Shown piece after piece: positions 60,493-64,000 of a stretch of 64,000 bases of DNA. The stretch is from Azolla caroliniana (taxonomy: Eukaryota; Plantae; Polypodiophyta), in contig JBHGNT010000001.1 of the NCBI GenBank assembly GCA_043228905.1, positions 23,002,001 to 23,066,000 on the forward strand, written 5' to 3'. Position numbers and translations under genes: made by a program. The notes under the pieces were generated by a model that was given only the letters and a program-made list of their open reading frames with translations, did no database searches and was not told where the DNA came from. Position 1 is the stretch's first letter. The number at the start of each line of letters is the position of its first letter.

Positions 60493-63400
60493 ATGGACAG
60501 AGGAATGACTAACTCGCTTCCAACGGAGAAGCTCGACAAATCCAACTACACATCTTGGTCGTATAAGATGCACCAATACTTTCTTGGGCATGGCTAACGA
60601 CACGACACCTGATGCGGCACACAGGGATCCCGACTTGGGAACAAGCGGCAAGTAGAGTTATGTACTGCTTTGCATCCAGTGTCAGCGATAAGCTACTGAG
60701 CCATATCTGGGATGCCAAGACGCCAAAGGAAGCATGGGGAAACGTGAAGAAGGTCTTTGCTGCAAGCACCACGACCTGGAAGTTGCAACTCCGATAGGAC
60801 TTGAGCAATGTTGGACAAAAGGACATGTTGGTGGCCAACTATACGGCCCGGATCAAAGACATTTGCGACTCACTTGCCTCTATCAACATAACCGTCGAGG
60901 AAGATGAGATGGTGCAGGTTTGTCTAGGGGGCCTGGCGACAAAGTTCAGAGCATTCCGGACGGCGGTTTGTACAAGGGAGAATACGCCCTGGTTTTTCGA
61001 CTTACAATCGATGCTCCTTGTAGAGGAGAACCACGCGGGTGCGTCAACGAGCACACACGCCGACACCAAGATGTTTGTACACAAAGGCAGATTGGCACAC
61101 AGTGGAAGCGAACCGAAGGCACAAGGATGGTACCGACAACAGTTCCGGAACCTCCACAAGTAGGGGCAGTCAATGCAGTGTTGGGAGTCGGCGAGAGAAG
61201 AACGTGATGGATTGTTGGTACTGTGGCCGGAAGGGCCACTGAGAAAGTGAGTGCTGGAAGAAACGCGCCAATTCGGATAAATCTGATCCAGTAAGGCCGG
61301 ACAAGGAAACCGGCAAAGCTCGCACTATGTAGAAGGATCGGAAGGATCCGGAACTAGTAAGACTGAAAAAGGGCCAGCCTTCGTGATGAAACACAAGGCG
61401 AAGTCAATGAAGAAGACCACTTCTGGATTGGAGGAGGTGTGGTACGTTGACTCCGGAGCATCAAACCACATGACGAGCCATGAAGAGTGGTTCTCCTTTT
61501 CGGAAAAGCCGGAGCAACTAGAAGTTGTCGAAACCGGAGATGACACTCCTGACCCGATTGTGCCTGTCGGAGAAGTTCCCCTGAGTCATGTCAAACAAAA
61601 AGGGAAGCTTATGAACATGCTTCACGTCCCGACAATCACAAAGAACGTGGTGTCGATCGGATAGATCATTCACCAGGGGATGCAGGTGCGGTTCACGCAC
61701 CTCGGGTGCTTCATCTAGGAAGAGGGCCAAGTCATCGCGCAAGGGCGCTGAGACGAGAGGATGTTCATCCTCAACACCACTGACGTAGGCACCGCTTTGT
61801 TCGCAAAGGGTTAGAAGTTCGAGTCGGATATCCATCTGTGGCACAAGCGGATCAACCACATCAATTACCAGAGGCTTCAAGACCTACAATCGAAACAAGT
61901 TGTTTTTGGATTGCCGAAATTCAGTGGCCGGAAGGCTCAAATATTGCCATGTCGGGAAGCAACACCAGCTTCCATCCCCCACCGAAAGAAACTGGACCCG
62001 TAACAAGATCAACTTGATACATTCAAATGTATGGGGATCGAGACAGAACGTTAGTCTTGGCAGGAGCCAATATTTCGTCTCCTTCATCGACGACTACAGC
62101 CGGCACACATGGATCTACCTCATCAAGAAGAAAAGCAAAGTTTTCGATTGTTTCCGGAACTTGCAGAGTCTAGTCGAACAAGAAACGGAAAGGAAGATCA
62201 AGTGCCTACAGTCGGATGGCGGAAAAGAATACTTTTCTGGCCAATTCAACAATTATCTGCAACATATGGGAATTCCGAGAGAATTTAGTTGCAGATACAC
62301 ACTAGAACAAAACGGTGTGGCTGAAAGAAAGAACCGATCAATTGTGGAGGTGGCACGGGCAATGCTGGAAGAGAAGAGCATGCCCAAGTTCTATTGGGCC
62401 GAAGCGGTCTGGATGGCCATCTATATCCAAAACCGGATAAGGGATAAGGTGTCAACACATGAGCTATATTTCGGGCAGAAGTCCAAATTTACGACACCTT
62501 AAGATATTCGGTAACATTGCCTATGTGCATGTGCCGGAGTATGACACCGACAGAGAGGAGTCGGATCGGAGCGAAATCGACCCCAGGAGAATGAAGGACG
62601 TTCGGAAGAGAAATTTGAGTTGGCCAAGAAGGCCAAGAATCGGCAGAGCAGAAATTTCACCGATCGACCCGCTAGAAGAACACCGTCAAACGGTATGGTT
62701 ATAACGAGTACATGGCGCATCACTATGCATACATGACAAAAGTGGCGGACGTGTGTGAGCTCTAGAGCTACGCAGAAGTGGAAAAAAATGCACAATGGCG
62801 TGCCACTATGGAGGAAGAGATGCGGGCACGTGATGCCAACGACACATGGGACTGGTTGACCCTCCCTGACATTGCAAACCGATAGGGTGCACAAGGTCAA
62901 GTATAAAGTTGATGGTTTGGTCAACCGGTACAAGGCCTGGTTAGTCGCAAAAGGATATTCGCAGACCCATGGAATTGATTATGACGAGACCTTCGCTCCA
63001 GTAGCGAAGATGACGAAGGTTCGCGTGGTGCTAACCGTTGCTGCGGCAAGGGGGTGGCATCTTCACCAAATGGACTTGAAGAATGTGTTTCTTCAAGGTG
63101 ACCTTGAAGAACAGGTCTACATGATCGAACCCCCCGATTTTCAGTCAGAGATGAACAAGTCGGTAGTGTGCCGACTTAAAAAGTTCCTTTATGGCTTGAA
63201 GCAAGCCCCCTGTGCTTGGAATTCAAAGATCACGCGCCGGTTGCGTAAGATGGGGTTTGCAGCTTCGAAGTCGGACTCTTTACTGTTCATCTGGAAAGGT
63301 CTGGAAAGTCCGGTACGTATCTTGTTATACGTGGATGATCTAGTCAGCACCAGGCCTTGCCTTGCTGAAATCGGCTGAGTGAAGACCCAGTTGTCGGATG

Positions 63401-63735
63401 CATTCGAAATGAAGGACTTCAGGAACCTTCATTACTTCCTCGGGATCAAAGTGGTCCACACCCTCGATGACATATTGTTGTCCCAATGACATTATGTATT
63501 GAATATGTTGTACTGATCTTGAAGCTTAAAGCTTCGTCCCGACTCTGGAATGGCTTGTGATGAGAAACGGTTCTAACAAATTGTCGGAAGCCTCATTTAT
63601 TTGACAATCACCCGACCCGACATTAGCTATCTGGTTGGAGTGATCATTTAGTTTATGGAGAAGGCGATCGTGGAGAATCTTTAGTGTGCACACCGAATAC
63701 TGAGGTATGTCAGCGGCACTAAGGACCGAGGACAA
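60493..63735 (+). pseudogene. gag-pol: Element H gag-pol, with internal deletions
   Basis: CWYCGRKGH, WYVDSGASNHMT, FIDDYSR, QNGVAERKNR, YDETFAPVAK, LYVDDL. Confidence 0.9.
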
Positions 63736-64000
63736 AGTCGAGAAAGCCTGTCAGTTAGGTAAGCATCACCGACTTCCATTCCCACTCAGGGAAATCGGAG
63801 TTGTAACAAGGTCGACTTGATTCATTCGGATGTGTGGGGACCGACACAGAATGTGAGTATAGGTGGGAGTCGATATTTCGTCTCCTTCATCGATGACTAT
63901 AGGCAACACACCTGGATTTATCTCATAGAGAAGAAGAGTGACATCTTCGACTATTTCCAGAACTTGAAAAGCTTGGTTGAAAGGGAAACAGAGAGAAAAA
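63736..64000 (+). pseudogene. pol: Integrase start of a further copia copy, running off the window
   Basis: ACQLGKHHRLPFP..VDLIHSDVWGP..FIDDY, paralogous to 61945-62190. Confidence 0.8.

Larger units (their letters stand above)
54283..63735 (+). mobile_element. Element H: degenerate Ty1/copia; its 5' LTR (about 54283-54448 plus 60251-60394) is split by G
   Basis: The LTR ends ...TTCACA at 60394 and is followed by the degenerate iMet PBS TGGCATAAGAGC. The LTR part is similar to the reverse complement of G's LTR. The left boundary is approximate. Confidence 0.8.

Overview
Eukaryotic plant DNA, most likely a bryophyte/moss (inferred from the LTR lineages, TTTAGGG repeats and spliceosomal introns). 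1-2.1 kb holds the last two exons of an AINTEGUMENTA-like (euANT/APB-type) AP2 transcription factor gene. About 2.2-10.3 kb is AT- and microsatellite-rich intergenic DNA. 10.35-51.9 kb is one nested transposon block: a tRNA-Trp-primed gypsy element (A, minus strand) contains a near-intact non-chromovirus gypsy (B), a solo LTR (C) and a DNA-transposon-like element. That element carries a hAT MITE and a Tcn1/Tf1-like chromovirus (D), which contains element E, which contains element F. 52-54.3 kb holds decayed coding remnants, including an intron-containing, prokaryote-like beta-class N6A/N4C DNA methyltransferase pseudogene missed by the ORF track. 54.3-64 kb is a Ty1/copia (G) inserted in opposite orientation into the LTR of a related copia (H). 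Most interesting signals: (1) element B has no polypurine tract but a tRNA-Arg 3'-end sequence 2 nt before its 3' LTR, suggesting tRNA priming of both strands; (2) the amino-methyltransferase relic; (3) antisense tRNA-like Pol III A/B-box modules in the LTRs of two unrelated gypsy lineages; (4) Tf1-like self-priming in D, a conserved -1 frameshift site after the protease in A/E/F, and a telomere-repeat insertion in D's integrase. All calls were made by eye, and tRNA and family matches are from recalled consensus, not database searches.
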